A stretch of DNA of 64,000 nt from Eledone cirrhosa (GCA_964016885.1 OZ024763.1:3410001-3474000); one strand, 5' to 3'; shown: positions 13,054-27,650, counted from the stretch's first letter. The notes: generated by a model not told the origin, from the letters alone. Numbers and translations are program-made.

Positions 13054-13367
13054 CTTATAATATACTAAACCACCCGTGACCCGATGTAGAAATCATGTTC
13101 ATTTAAAAATAATTTTTAGATAATTAAAATATATACAGACATGTATATAATGTGAAATGAAATGTTCACAACCATTATCTCTTTCTCTCTATCTTTCTCT
13201 CTATATCTCTCTGTTTATGAAGGTACCCGGAAAAACCCCGTATTTCGGGAACCCGTACTCCGATTTACGCGAAACTTGTTTTATTTCGTTTGTATTCCCA
13301 TTTCAGGGACAACTTCCTTTCAAAGTATTTTCCCATTATGCGCCGTTTTGGCTGTATTACATTACAG

Positions 13368-13372
<5 letters not shown>
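13054..13372 (-). mobile_element. Non-autonomous Helitron fragment (same family as 51996-52354 and 61250-61470)
   Basis: Reverse-complement similarity to 52030-52354, including the GGGTCAC hairpin half and terminal TTAG|T. Confidence 0.7.
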
Positions 13373-13434
<62 letters not shown>

Positions 13435-13440
<6 letters not shown>

Positions 13441-13820
13441 TGGAAATAGCACGAAAAATATATTTAAAGGATCTGTTTTTCTTTTTTTCTTTCTTGATGT
13501 GTGACATTATTGTGACATCCTTGATTTGTGACATTATTGTGACATCCTTGATTTGTGGCATTTTTGAGAAAAATGGGAGGAACATTTTTTTTTAAAAAGG
13601 AGTTTTATAATGTATATAAAATATATAAAGTATATAAAATATATAATGTATATAAAATATATAAAGAATGTAAAGTATATAAAGTATATAATGTATATAA
13701 AAGATATAAAATATAACCGCTTTCGATGTATCAGTGTAATCCATCTTATCAAATGTTGAATATTATAATTAAAAAGAATTTAAAAGAATTAAAAAGAATA
13801 AAAATAGATTTAAAATTAAG
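13435..13820 (-). mobile_element. PLE-type terminal fragment with degenerate U3-A8 HHR (13711-13756); second copy 47488-47780
   Basis: Minus strand TTGATAA-GATG...CATC-GAAAG-CG-GTT. The copy at 47672-47710 reads TTGATAA...GAAACCGGTT. Stem I is weak. Confidence 0.55.
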
Positions 13821-13823
13821 TAT

Positions 13824-14033
13824 CTATCTATCTAAGGCGGGTAAAATTCCCGAGATCCATGGACGAGTTCTCTCCAGCGGTCTCTGTCCCTCATTATCGC
13901 TGCCATGTCCTGCGTCTCCAACAGACCAGTGTCTGTCCTTAGGGCATCAACATACGTTAACCTTGGTCTTCCTCTTCTAGTGTGTCCATGTAGGGGCTCC
14001 CACAGGAGCACTGAGTGCAATGTCAAGACTTGG
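13824..14033 (-). mobile_element. 5'-truncated RTE-type LINE 3' end with 12-bp TSD
   Basis: Peptide [34 protein letters not shown], (TAGA)n tail, TSD AAAATTAAGTAT at 13812-13823 and 14034-14045. Confidence 0.88.
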
Positions 14034-14041
14034 AAAATTAA

Positions 14042-14436
<395 letters not shown>

Positions 14437-14553
14437 AAATAACGAAACGAAATTAAATTTCGTTTCGCTTCTAACTCACTTTTGTATGACTGACGCTTAA
14501 ACAATTAAGTTAAAGTGTACATCTACATATGTATACGGAAGTATTAGTATGCA

Positions 14554-14612
<59 letters not shown>

Positions 14613-14895
14613 ATGATGTAATATAATATATATCTATGATATATATTATCTATATATATGATATAATATAAGATCTATGATATATAATACATTATAATAT
14701 ATTATAATATATTATAATATATCATAAAAGTACCAGTAATGCACTGGGTAATTGCTGGCCTTGGGCCTAAAGTAGAAACAATTATAATATATCATAATAT
14801 AAATATTTATTTTATACAATAAATGTTATATATATATATATATTTTGTACATATATATATATTTGTATATATATTTGTACATATATATATATTTG

Positions 14896-14986
<91 letters not shown>

Positions 14987-16001
14987 TTATATGTGTGTGT
15001 GTGTGTGTGTGTGTATGTGTGTGTGCGTGCATGTGTATACATGTGTACATTTATATATATATGCGTGTGTATGTATGTATATATATATGTGTGTGTGTAT
15101 GTGTGTATGTGTGTATGCATGTGTGTGTGTATATATATATGTGTGTGTATATATATATGTATATATATTTATATATATGTGTGTATATGTATATATATAT
15201 GTGTGTGTGTATGTGTGCGTGTGTATGTGTGTATGTATGTGTGTGTGTGTGTGTATGTATGTATATATATGTGTGTGTGTGTCTGCCACAAGTCACCTTG
15301 GCCAACAATCAAGTTGACTTTGTTAGGATGTTTATATATCTCCCTCTCTACTTGAAGCCTACTCCTTAGTAATAACACCTTAGCAACAATACTACCACCT
15401 CCACCACCACCACCACCACCTCCACCACTACCTCCACCACTACCACCTCCACAACCACCACCACCACCACCTCCACCACCACTACCTCCACCACTAGCAT
15501 CTCCACAACCACCACCATCACCTCCACCACTACCACCTCCACAGCCACCACCACCACCTCCACCACCACTACCTCCACCACTACCACCTCCACAAGCACC
15601 ACCACCACCTCCTCCACCACCACTACCTCCACCACTACCACCTCCACAAGCACCACCACCACCTCCTCCACCACCACTACCTCCACCACTACCACCTCCA
15701 CAACCACCACCTCTACCACCACCACTAGCACCTCCACCACCACTACATCCACCACTACTACTACTACCACTAAGATTGTTCTTGAGCACACTTTGTTAAC
15801 GTCATTATAACCAAGAGAAGTGAGAGTGAGGGGGAGAGAGAGGTGTGAGATAGGTGAGAGGGAGAGAGAGAGAGAGGTGTGAAGGAGAGAGAGACAGACA
15901 GTGAGACAGAGAGAAAGAATTTGTGAAGTAGGAGTGAGAGAGAGAGACAAGGTGTGAGGTGGGAGAGAGAGAGAGGTAGAGAGAGAGGTAGAGAAAGAGA
16001 G

Positions 16002-16064
<63 letters not shown>

Positions 16065-16309
16065 GAGGTGAGGTGGAAGAGAGGTAAGAGGTAAGATATA
16101 TTTGACGACGTGACTGAACTTTGTATGTGAAGGTATTCCCTCTCTCTATTTGGAGAAAATGTATTAGGTGAATGTTTGTTGTGATAGGCTAGCGACCAGT
16201 CCAGGATGATGAAGTGAGATTTCTCTAACCTCTACATCACATCACTTCACTAAAACCTAGATCCAATACCCACTCTATGTAGGAGCTAATAGGGCTACAA
16301 CTCATGGCT

Positions 16310-16655
16310 CTATAATATATGTTAACATCACAACTCACGGCCCAATTATATATGTTAATATCACAGTTCACGGCTCTATAATATATGTTAATATGACAGC
16401 TCAGCTCACGGCTCTATAATATATGTTAATATGACAGCTCAGTTCACAGCTCGAAAATATATGTTAATATGACAGCTCAGCTCACGGCTCTATTATATAT
16501 GTTAATATCATGGCTCAGCTCACGGCTCTAATATATATGTTAATATCACGGCTCAGCTCATGGCTCTATAATATATGTTAATATCACAGCTCATGGCTCT
16601 ATCAATTTATGTTAATATCACAGTTCATCTCACGGCTCTATTATATATGTTAATA
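16310..16655. repeat. Minisatellite, ~33-39 bp unit
   Basis: ATATATGTTAATATCACAGCTCAGCTCACGGCTCTATA variants, about 9 units. Confidence 0.85.
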
Positions 16656-17344
16656 TTATCACCCTTTCACCTCCATATATGTGTGTGTGTGACAGCTCAC
16701 ACCTATGCAGGTTTAGCTGATTTTCTTACCCCAAATCTCTCTCGATCTAATTCGAACTCCTGACCTCCTTATATACAACGTATATAATTAATATATATAA
16801 TTCTACATCAAAGCAACATATTATATATCACAGATATATCTCTTTCTATCTATATTTCCCTTACAAGTGTCTCTGCTTCAACTCCCACCCCACCGCACGA
16901 CACTTCTTCATAAGAAATTAACTTATCTTGATAAAAACACCATTAACGTAGACATATATCACAGAGACTTCCTGCCGCCCACCAACCGTTTGGACCTAAA
17001 TTACCATCCATTGATAGCTCTTCATTTTTCTCTTTATCTTCCGTCTTTTTATTTTTCTCAACGGTATAAACTTGTGACCTATTAAATTATCTCTATAATT
17101 CATTTACAACCAATGGTGTGAATGGATATTCAAGGCTACTCCCGAAAAATGAAGTACGAATGCACCGCAACGATTGGATGCCTGTCTGCACCTAAACGAC
17201 ACTGCCAATCTTTAAACGTTGATTGGTCACCTTCCACTAATACTACTTAAGTGTTCACACGTATATCATATTTCAGGCCCTCGCAGATAATGATTAAATT
17301 TTCTCTGTGGAGACACGATAAAACTATTACCCGGTATTATGAAG

Positions 17345-17522
17345 TAATATCGGTAGAGGGTCTGACGCCATGCTTTGTAGCAAAGAGTTACGGCCCTTTA
17401 TGATCTGAGTTCAAATCCCGCCGAGGTTAACTTTGCCTTTCATCCTTACGGGGTCGATAAAATAAAGTACCAGTAATACACTGGGATAATTGCTGGCCTT
17501 GTGCCAAAAATAGAAACAATTA
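17345..17522 (+). mobile_element. tRNA-derived SINE, family 1
   Basis: GAGTTCAAATCC B box, then TTTGCCTTTCATCCTT..GGGGTCGATAAAATAAAGTACCAG..GGCCTTGTGCCAAAA. 3' stubs at 2146-2220, 14726-14783 and 59465-59529; head at 36790-36865 (minus). Confidence 0.85.
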
Positions 17523-17874
17523 TGAAGTAAACTACTGCATAACAATTCAGATTTCTTAGGCCAAAAATGTTATGTAACGAAACACGTGTTAGAATTATTA
17601 ATAATTACAAATAAATGAAATTTTGAACATCAGCGTCTCTGTCTCCGTGATTTTCCCATAACCCTTGACTATTATTTACTCCATGAAATGTATACAGAGG
17701 ATTAGTTATATCTGTTACTACACAATGGAAGAAACACAGTAACTAACACAATCTTTCCTGTCATCTCACGTCGAGTACGTTCCAACAGGTTTGTTGCCAA
17801 ATATTATTTACTGTGCATACCCACTCAACTATCATCAAATATAGATATAACAGTGTGTGTGTGTCATATACACT

Positions 17875-17905
<31 letters not shown>

Positions 17906-17943
17906 CTTTACATATATATATAAGTGTGTGCGTTTATGTATGG

Positions 17944-18006
<63 letters not shown>

Positions 18007-18010
<4 letters not shown>

Positions 18011-18823
18011 ATCGCTGAACATTAATATCGGTAAGTTTTTTTATATCGATATTTGTTGGGCATCCACTGATGATTTATAAGTGCCCACCTACATATATTC
18101 CTACGGACTATGTGTAGGCTTCTACATAACCTGGACATTATTTTCCAAATTTGTAGAAAACTTATAAAGAAACGATCGTTTGGAAAGAGAGATGTATTTT
18201 AATTATGTCTCATATAAAATAATACAACTGGCTATCCGCAAAATACATATAGTTAGCACCCCAAACGTATAATTGGGATTATACTAAGGTATATCCTAAT
18301 GTTTGTTGAGTGAGACGGAAGCCGGTCGGAGTATTGCTTAAAACTTTCTCTGTTAATGTATTAAATATTATACTCTTGATTTGGCCAGGGATGAATATTT
18401 CCAGATACTTTTTAGGTATGACTTTCCGTATTTATTCTTTGTATGAAATATTGATTGTTCTTCTGGTATCTTATCTCTGTTTTTAGCCTAAGAAAATACC
18501 TATATGCGTGTATAAATAATACATGCATATATTTATTTTTTTTATATCCAATTGAGTTCTTCACGCATGGTTAAAATTATTGAAAGAATTAATTGACCCG
18601 CATGCATATTATTTTATTCTTTTATGTTTTGCGATGACCTCCCCTTTCCGCTTGATGGCAGTGTGAGATTTCTCATTGTGAGACTGCTGGAATTTCAAAT
18701 TTGGCGGTCATTCTAGCACGGAGGGGTACCATCGCTGAACATTAATATCGGTAAGGTTTTATTTATATCGATATTTGTCGGGCATCCACTGATGATTTAT
18801 AAGTGCCCACCTACATATATTCC
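18007..18823. mobile_element. Non-coding partial tandem element (720-bp unit)
   Basis: Direct repeats 18007-18101 and 18727-18823; left end in (TA)n. Internal 18205-18362 has a diverged relative at 1030-1192. Confidence 0.75.
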
Positions 18824-18869
18824 AATGTGGTTCAATGGCAGGTTAATAAATTAACGAGCCAGAACATAT

Positions 18870-19001
18870 ATAATCAAGGTTTAGCAAATAAGAAAAAGTT
18901 TCAAAATAAATTTCAAAAAATTCACTTTACTAACCATAGTAAGTACAGTGAATTTTTAGAAATTTATTTTGAAACTTTTTCTTATTTGCTAAACCTTGAT
19001 T
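18870..19001. repeat. Short foldback
   Basis: Arms ~18870-18926 and 18947-19001. Single-arm relatives at 38450-38511 and 54843-54905. Confidence 0.75.
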
Positions 19002-19036
19002 ATATATCGATATATATATATATCTATATATATATA

Positions 19037-19653
19037 TCTATATATATAAAAGCAAGTCGGTCTGTGTGTGTGCGTCTGTCTGTGTACAAATACTAGGCTC
19101 CTTTTAACTTTTGAAGTACTAGGCCGATTTCAACCAAAATTGGCACACATGTTGCTTATATGCCAGAGCAGGTTTTGGACAAAAACAAATTTGAAAAAAA
19201 AAATCGATAATGGGGCCGAAAAATCGATTTTGTGTATATCTGTCTGTGTACAAATATTAGGCTCCTTTTAACTTTTGAAGTACTAGGCCGATTTGCTTCA
19301 AGGGATGATATTTCTATGTCCAGTGGATGGTCAACGTGGTAGTGGCAGCGCCATCTTACGCATAGGGTTTAGTCTACTGAAGGACATACGGTGCGTCTAT
19401 TCCATCTTTATCCCCTTACTCATACCTACTACAGCAAGGCCGGACCTGCAATCATTCACGTCAATTAACTCAAGCTACCCCATGAATTGTTTTTATGTTG
19501 CCGTTTATTTCACTCAATCATGTCACTGTACACCCATTTTGTTAAACTTTTTTTTACAATTACATTTCAATTCTTTGTTTAACCTTTGGCTCTCTTTATA
19601 CGGACAAACAGGCTGTCATTCATTTCCCGAGCAACGCCGGGTACATCTGCTAG
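19037..19653 (+). mobile_element. Non-autonomous Helitron
   Basis: A|TCTATATATATAAAAG 5' end, subterminal CCCGAGCAACGCCGGG hairpin, CTAG|T 3' end, internal ~58-bp duplication. Confidence 0.8.
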
Positions 19654-19680
19654 TATATATATATATATACACACACATAC

Positions 19681-19721
<41 letters not shown>

Positions 19722-20041
19722 TATGTTTATTTATATATATCATATAATATTTCCTGATTTTGGCACAACACCAACACATTTCATGGTAGAGTGGAAATGA
19801 GTAAGTAAAGGCGGGGCCGAGTCAATTACATCGACTCAGTCCTTGACTGTTAGTATATTTCATGGGCTTAACAAGGTTGACAAAGCTGGCGTTTATCTGG
19901 GATTTGAACTCAATGTCTGGGTGAGAGAGGAATAATAGGCGAGTCAAATGACGAGAGTCACGTGATACGTGAATACATGATTCCTAGAATTGTTAGAATT
20001 ATAAATAAATCTAAAGCTGAAATACTAACACTGAAGAACGA

Positions 20042-20075
<34 letters not shown>

Positions 20076-20125
20076 GCCAAATCAATGTAATATGTATATA
20101 TAGGTGAATTTGCATTGTTTTGGCA

Positions 20126-20173
<48 letters not shown>

Positions 20174-20954
20174 AAAAAGTATGACCCCGACGGCAGAGCT
20201 CAAGCCGTTTCGACGGCTATTTCTGGACTAAATTAGAATTTCTAGCCTGGTGAATAAATAGCCGAACTTTTCAAGGGGTACTTCCTTATATGGGAAGATT
20301 GTAGTTGTCAAGAGGATTGGTTAAAATTTGTTGTAAACACAAATAAGTCTAGCATGGCATTTGGTGGAAGGTAGGGGTGGCTGAACTTGCCCGTAGGACA
20401 ATAGGGGAGTGAGTGGAGCGGTCAAGTGTTGAAAGTGATATGTAAACAGCAGATTCTAAGGCTAGTGTATGAAGTGGAGGAGGGAGGTTATAGAATAGGT
20501 AAATCGAATGAGAGTAGGAGACAATAAAAGATAATAGAAAGAAAAAAATATATATATAAAATTAGATAGTGAGAAATGAATAAAAAAATCACAATGCTAT
20601 CTTACAATTACAGGTTAATAAGTTGAGAATAGAAAAAACTTGTAGAAATTGAGTAGTACCAGAAGTGATACAGAATTAAAGGGGTTTAACACGTCTGCTA
20701 TAAGTAGTTAGTAAAACGTATTCGGCCAATTCTATCTTAAAATTACAGGGGTGGGGGAACTGATGCTACAGAGGCCCGATGGGCTGCATCGAGGTAGGCG
20801 AAGGGCAAAGCAGACGAAGAAGAAAATAGGGGGTGGAAAGAAACAGGGTGAAGAAGAAGACAAAGAGGAAAAAAAAAGAAAAGAGATACATCTACCTAAG
20901 TAAGCTGGGGTTTCCCCTAACTTATTCGGCAAGTAGGGGGGTATCAGCCCTTGT

Positions 20955-21236
20955 CTACCCACCCGAGTCGTTATGGGGTTTGAGGGCGAGGTAAGTCCTA
21001 CGCAATCTGTGTTTGCATGCGGTTACCAGTTCCTCTTTCTTGTTTAGGAGTTGGTCCTTCGAAAACAACATTTGTTATGTTTCCTCCGAGCATAAGTTAC
21101 ACGGACGGCGTCCTGCCGTGTAAGATTTAGCTTTGGACAGTAAGCTGCAAGTGAGATTGTAGGTTATATTGTTATCTTGGAGGTCCCAGATGTGGCCCGA
21201 AAGTGTAGTGGCATGTCGCTGGACCGGGTTTCGGAA
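20955..21236 (-). pseudogene. C-terminal part of a PLE GIY-YIG endonuclease (Naiad-like CxLC motif)
   Basis: Manual translation: FRNPVQRHATTLSGHIWDLQDNNITYNLTCSLLSKAKSYTAGRRPCNLCSEET*QMLFSKDQLLNKKEELVTACKHRLRRTYLALKPHNDSGG*. One internal TAA; not in the ORF track. Confidence 0.82.
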
Positions 21237-21317
21237 ATGCCATGATAGACTTATTTGTGTTTACAACAAATTTTAACCAATCCCCTTGACAACTACAATC
21301 TTCCCATATAAGGAAGT

Positions 21318-21414
21318 ACCCCTTGAAAAGTTCGGCTATTTATTCACCAGGCTAAAAATTATAATTTAGTCCAGAAATAGCCGTCGAAACGGCTTGAGCT
21401 CTGCCGTCGGGGGT
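21318..21414 (+). ncRNA. HHR motif, U3-A8 core, full stem III (mirror 20184-20279, minus)
   Basis: CCCC-TTGAAAA-GTTCGGCTATTT...AAATAGCCGTC-GAAACGGC(TTGAGCTCT)GCCGTC-GGGG. Confidence 0.8.
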
Positions 21415-21526
21415 CATACTTTTCCCTATTTCCCACTCTACTACCCTAAATATTGAGTACTCTGGTGCGTTATGGTCCATCTGGTTCCTTACCACAATTC
21501 CTTTGTTATATATATATCTATATATA

Positions 21527-21594
<68 letters not shown>

Positions 21595-21639
21595 TATACA
21601 TATATTTATATATATACATAAATATACACACACATATAT

Positions 21640-21724
<85 letters not shown>

Positions 21725-21816
21725 TATATACACATATATATGATATATATACATATATATATATATACATACATATACATATATATAGATATATATATGT
21801 ATATATATGAATATAC

Positions 21817-21864
<48 letters not shown>

Positions 21865-21914
21865 ATATATATATATATGTACACACACACATATATATAT
21901 GTATATATATATAC

Positions 21915-21952
<38 letters not shown>

Positions 21953-21964
21953 ATATATATATAC

Positions 21965-22039
<75 letters not shown>

Positions 22040-22041
22040 CA

Positions 22042-22157
<116 letters not shown>

Positions 22158-22255
22158 AAAACAATGTAAATTTTTTCCTCAGACATTCTTAGATGTTCAC
22201 CAGTCGACTATTCTCACAGTCTCTTCTCTTTCTCTCTCTCTCTCCCTCTCTCCTC

Positions 22256-22365
<110 letters not shown>

Positions 22366-22533
22366 CCCCCTCTCTCCTCCTCCTCTCTATCTCTCTCTCA
22401 TACCCGCCCCAGCAACTGCTCTAACACAAACACTACTCCACACACCCAGCCTCGCTCCCAACCCCCACCCCACAACCGACACTACTAACCTACATACAGA
22501 ATCACTGTAATTTGTGTCTGGGGCAAAGAGAAT

Positions 22534-22587
<54 letters not shown>

Positions 22588-22611
22588 CATACATATATAT
22601 ATATATATGTA

Positions 22612-22736
<125 letters not shown>

Positions 22737-22756
22737 CATATATTTATTAAAATAAC

Positions 22757-22812
<56 letters not shown>

Positions 22813-22880
22813 TATTATATATATATATACATATATATATATATTATATATATATATAATATACATATATTTATTAAAAT

Positions 22881-22926
<46 letters not shown>

Positions 22927-22968
22927 TGTAAGTCAACAGGTTAAAATTAACTTCGTTTATTCATATTC

Positions 22969-23027
22969 GCTGTAATATATATTTCGGTGATAACCAATAT
23001 TCAACAGTTATGACCTCATCAGGCAGC
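22969..23027 (-). ncRNA. HHR motif
   Basis: Minus strand GCTGC-CTGATGA-GGTCATAAC..GTTATCACC-GAAAT-ATAT-ATT-ACAGC; one mismatch at the base of stem I. Confidence 0.65.
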
Positions 23028-23261
23028 TAGAACTTGAACAGAAAAAACAGGAAATCATAATGGTGGAGTAAAGTTTACCTTGTTAATTCGTTGATATGCC
23101 AAGATCCGAAATGTGGTGTTGTTAATTCCAAGAACTGGTGGCATATGAAATAAAAGAAAGGGTGCAATTGGATTGCGTTCACAGGCTATTAGAGAGAAGA
23201 GTATCAATAATAATAATATATAACAAAGAATCTGTGTTGCATCTTATACATATTTAATCAA

Positions 23262-23348
23262 ATATTACATATGTTTCACTGCCGATCAGCTCGAGGAACG
23301 ATCGATTATGTTCATTCCCGTCTCTGGAATCGAAAGCTCCTCAGATAT
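23262..23348 (-). ncRNA. HHR motif with conserved loop II insert
   Basis: Minus strand ATAT-CTGAGGA-GCTTTCGATTCCAGAGAC...CCTCGAGCTGATCGGCAGT-GAAAC-ATAT-GTA-ATAT. Confidence 0.65.
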
Positions 23349-23682
23349 GTGTCCTCACATGTAGACTCACTAATTCTGATGATTTAGTGTTAAAGAATTA
23401 AAACTAATGATAAAATAAATTTATATTTTACAAAATGAGGCCCTCGAGGGTGGGTGAGCCTAAGCTATAGCTTATTGCTTATTTAGCTTAATATATAAGT
23501 CCAGCACTGTCTCCCTGAGATGTGTGCTTGAGGGTGGAGGCTGTGGGTGGGGGCTGAGCTAGTGGCCTTCATGGAAGGCTTGCCTTGTACAACAGATTGC
23601 TAGTAGGTACTTCTGAACTGAGAAACGGCTGTGGAAACACAACAGACTAAGAGTGTGTAAATACACACACACACACACGCAC

Positions 23683-23715
<33 letters not shown>

Positions 23716-24592
23716 CATATATAAAGTTATTGTGGAATATATATGTGTGTATAGGTGTGTATATATATATATATATAAACATGTTTATGTGTGTGTATAT
23801 ATTTGTGTGTATGTATGAATGTATATATATATATGTACATATGTATATATATATATATATATATACCAAACAACCCAGTACCTCTCCTCCAATGACAGTA
23901 CACCCTACCCCCTCGACAGTCACGTTGTTATGGGGTTGGGGTGGGGGCCAGTTACTGTGACAGTAGTAACCCAAATTCCTTAAAGAGGGCAAGAATTGTG
24001 TTTCCTCTACTTCAAACAGAAGTGCTTAACTACAGTTCTGCTCCCTAGAGAGGGCGTGGGCCCACCCATTCTCTATGAAGGGTCGTACTACTTTAACCTA
24101 GAAGCCTACACCGCCACCACCACCACCACTACTACAACAATGCCACTACCCCCACCACCACCACTGCTACTACAACACTGCCACCACCATCATAACCACC
24201 ACCACCACCACCACCACCACCACCACCACCACCACCACCAATACCACCACCACCTACACCAACACCGCTAACCCCACCACTACTACAACACTGCCACCAC
24301 CATCATAACCAGCACTATAACCATTACCCCTACCCCCCAAGACCAACACCACCACAACCACCACTATAACCATCACCACTATCACCACCATATATATGTC
24401 CCAATGTGTACTGGAATGGATAGTATCGACCTTAACGAACCGAAACCTTCGTGACTTCCAGAGGGTGGCTGAGGAGTTGATGGCGGTGGCAGTGGGTATT
24501 GATGGCGGTAGCAGTGGGTATTGATGGTGGTGGTGGTGGTTTTAGTAGTGCTGGTGGTGATAGTGGTGTAGGTGGCATTAGTGGAAGTGAGT

Positions 24593-24737
<145 letters not shown>

Positions 24738-24984
24738 AAATAGTATGGCTGTCTGCCAGAAATGTGTTAGCTAGGTAGTAAGTCTGGCTGTTTGTTGTTG
24801 TTGTTGTTGTTGATATTGTTGCTGCTGTTGTTGTTGCTACAGTTGTTGTTGTTGTTGCTGTTGTTGCTTCTGTTCTTGTTGTTGTTGTTGCTGTTGCTAC
24901 AGTTGTTGTTGTTGCTACAGTTGTTGTTGTTGTTGTTGCTGTTGTTGCTGTTGTTGCTTCTGTTGTTATTGTTGTTGTTGCTGT

Positions 24985-25018
<34 letters not shown>

Positions 25019-25308
25019 GCTGCTGTTGTTGCTGTTGCTGCTGTTGTTGCTATTGCTGTTGATATTGCTCTTGTTGTTGTTGTTGTTGCTGTTGCTGTTG
25101 TTATTTGCCACCTGGTGGCTGAGGGGTGAAACTGTTTGTAAGCAAGCTGAAAACTATTTCAACGTAATTCATCATGTGAGGTGAGAGACCGAATAAGTGA
25201 TTTACTGCAGACACCCTTAGATTAGCCAACTCTTCAATACTGTTGAATCGCGGCTGTATTGTCGATATTTTATCGTATATCTTTACATTTGTGTGTGTAT
25301 ATATATAT

Positions 25309-25407
<99 letters not shown>

Positions 25408-25408
25408 A

Positions 25409-25525
<117 letters not shown>

Positions 25526-25620
25526 TATATTAATATATATATATATATATATATTAGGTATAGGATTATCCAAGATGTAGTAATGGTTAATTACTACACT
25601 ACTGGTTAATTACACCATTC

Positions 25621-25732
25621 TGCTCTGAGGAAACAGTGGTCACAGCATTGGATATTTGAGTTCTAAAAGTACTTGTGAATTTGAACGTAGCATAACTAGG
25701 CTGCAGTACCACCGTGGAAACACTTGTAAGCA
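25621..25732 (+). ncRNA. HHR motif with long loop II
   Basis: TGCT-CTGAGGA-AACAGTGGT...ACCACCGTG-GAAAC-ACTT-GTA-AGCA; two mismatches in stem II. Confidence 0.65.
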
Positions 25733-25782
25733 CACGGAATAAATTACCTTTTTATGATGTCTACCTGTTATTATTCATTCTT

Positions 25783-25850
<68 letters not shown>

Positions 25851-25860
25851 TATATACGTG

Positions 25861-25969
<109 letters not shown>

Positions 25970-26015
25970 TGTATATATATATATTCTTCTGGTTTTATTA
26001 GTTTAGAATTTTGAC

Positions 26016-26078
<63 letters not shown>

Positions 26079-26240
26079 CGGTTTCTAACTTAGAAACAAA
26101 ATTATTTCATTGGAATTTAGACATCAACTAGTGTGTATGTGTGTGTGTGTGTGTGCATGTGTGTGTGTGAATGTGTGCATGTATGTGTGTGTGTGTGCAT
26201 GTGTGCATGTGTGCATGTGTGTGTGTATGTGCATGTATGT

Positions 26241-26276
<36 letters not shown>

Positions 26277-26554
26277 ATGTGTGCATGTATGTGTGTGTGT
26301 GTGTGCATGTGTGCATGTATGTGTGTGTGTGTGTGTTCTTTCTTTCTCTTCATTTGAATTTGTTTTGACTGGCCACCTTCCCGGTGGCAAGGTTGCAAAG
26401 AAACAGAAATTTGCGTCGTCTCTTGTGTAAAAATTCATCCTTTAAATTATAAGAATGTTTCGGAGATTTTGAAGGTTCCAAGGTTCCAGACATCGCAATA
26501 TGGCGGCCATTTGTAGCTTATGAATTCATGGGCGACGTTCCATCTGTACAAATC

Positions 26555-27230
26555 CAAAGTCATATATATGGGGTGGACAAAAGTCTATTATAGGGTGGGA
26601 CAAAGTCATATATATGGTGGACCAATGTCATATATATGGTGGACCAAAAGTCATATATATAGGGTAAACAAAGTCATATATATAGTGGACCAAAAGTCAT
26701 ATATATGGTGGGCCAAAGTCATATATATATGGTGGGACAAAGTCATATATATGGTGGGCCAAACTCATATATATAGGGTGGGACAAAGTCATATATATAT
26801 GGTGGGACAAAGTCATATATATATGGTGGGACAAAGTCATATATATATGGTGGGACAAAGTCATATATATATGGTGGGACAAAGTCATATATATAGGGTG
26901 GGACAAAGTCATATATATGGTGGGACAAAGTCATATATATAGGGTGGGACAAAGTCATATATATATGGTGGGACAAAGTCATATATATGGTAGGACAAAA
27001 GTCATATATATGGTGGACAAAAGTCATATATATAGTGGACCAAAGTCATATATATGGTGGGACAAAAGTCATATATATGGTGGGACAAAGTCATATATAT
27101 AGGGTGGGCCAAAGTCATATATATGGTGGACAAAAGTCATATATATGGTAGACCAAAGTCATATATATGGTGGACAAAAGTCATATATATGGTGGACAAA
27201 AGTCATATATATATGGTGGGACAAAGTCAC
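26555..27230. repeat. Minisatellite GGTGGGACAAAGTCATATATAT (22-24 bp)
   Basis: About 29 directly visible units with variable TA spacer. Confidence 0.92.
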
Positions 27231-27445
27231 TTCCTATTAAAAAAATTCACAATTATTTTAATCATTAAAAATTATTCTATATTCTTTCAGATAAAAGTTG
27301 AATAAAAACAAGAATCAATTATTGAAATTTAATATAAAGTAAAAATAAATCCATTATAATGAAATTCGCGGGTATAAAGAAATATTCGTTGTAATGAAAA
27401 AATTCTTTATAACAAGATCGACCCAAAAAGTTTCGTTATACAACG

Positions 27446-27563
27446 GCTGACCTCTACAACACCAGTTGACCTTTACAACAACACCTGACCTCTACAACAC
27501 CAGCTGATCTCTACAATAATAGTTGACCTCTACAACAGTTGACCTCTACAACACCAGCTGACC
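27446..27563. repeat. ~19-bp tandem repeat (TGACCTCTACAACACCAGC/T)
   Basis: About 6 visible units. Confidence 0.8.
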
Positions 27564-27564
27564 T

Positions 27565-27650
27565 AAGATGTAGTCCCAAACAACAATATCTGGTCTGTTG
27601 TGATTAATTTGGTGGAAGGTTTTAATTTTAGGTTTCACCAACATTCTTTT
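27565..27650 (-). mobile_element. Relic of restriction-like endonuclease from an R4/Dong-like LINE
   Basis: Peptide IKTFHQINHNRPDIVVWD resembles the HNRPDIVV motif. Confidence 0.45.

Larger units (their letters stand above)
20171..21507. mobile_element. Truncated Penelope-like retroelement (family B) with inverted pseudo-LTR
   Basis: Long minus arm (endonuclease end, 3' UTR, HHR) 20171-21236 joined head-to-head to a short plus arm 21235-21428 and tail to ~21507; (TA)n on both sides. Confidence 0.88.

Noticed and set aside
15169-15789. Gly-rich 206-aa ORF resembling a structural protein
   Set aside because: It is an (ACC)n-type low-complexity repeat open in several frames and runs into a CA/TA repeat; no gene structure.
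26555-27230. CRISPR-like regular repeats (also 44067-44992 and 58350-59130)
   Set aside because: No unique spacers, no cas genes, and eukaryotic context.
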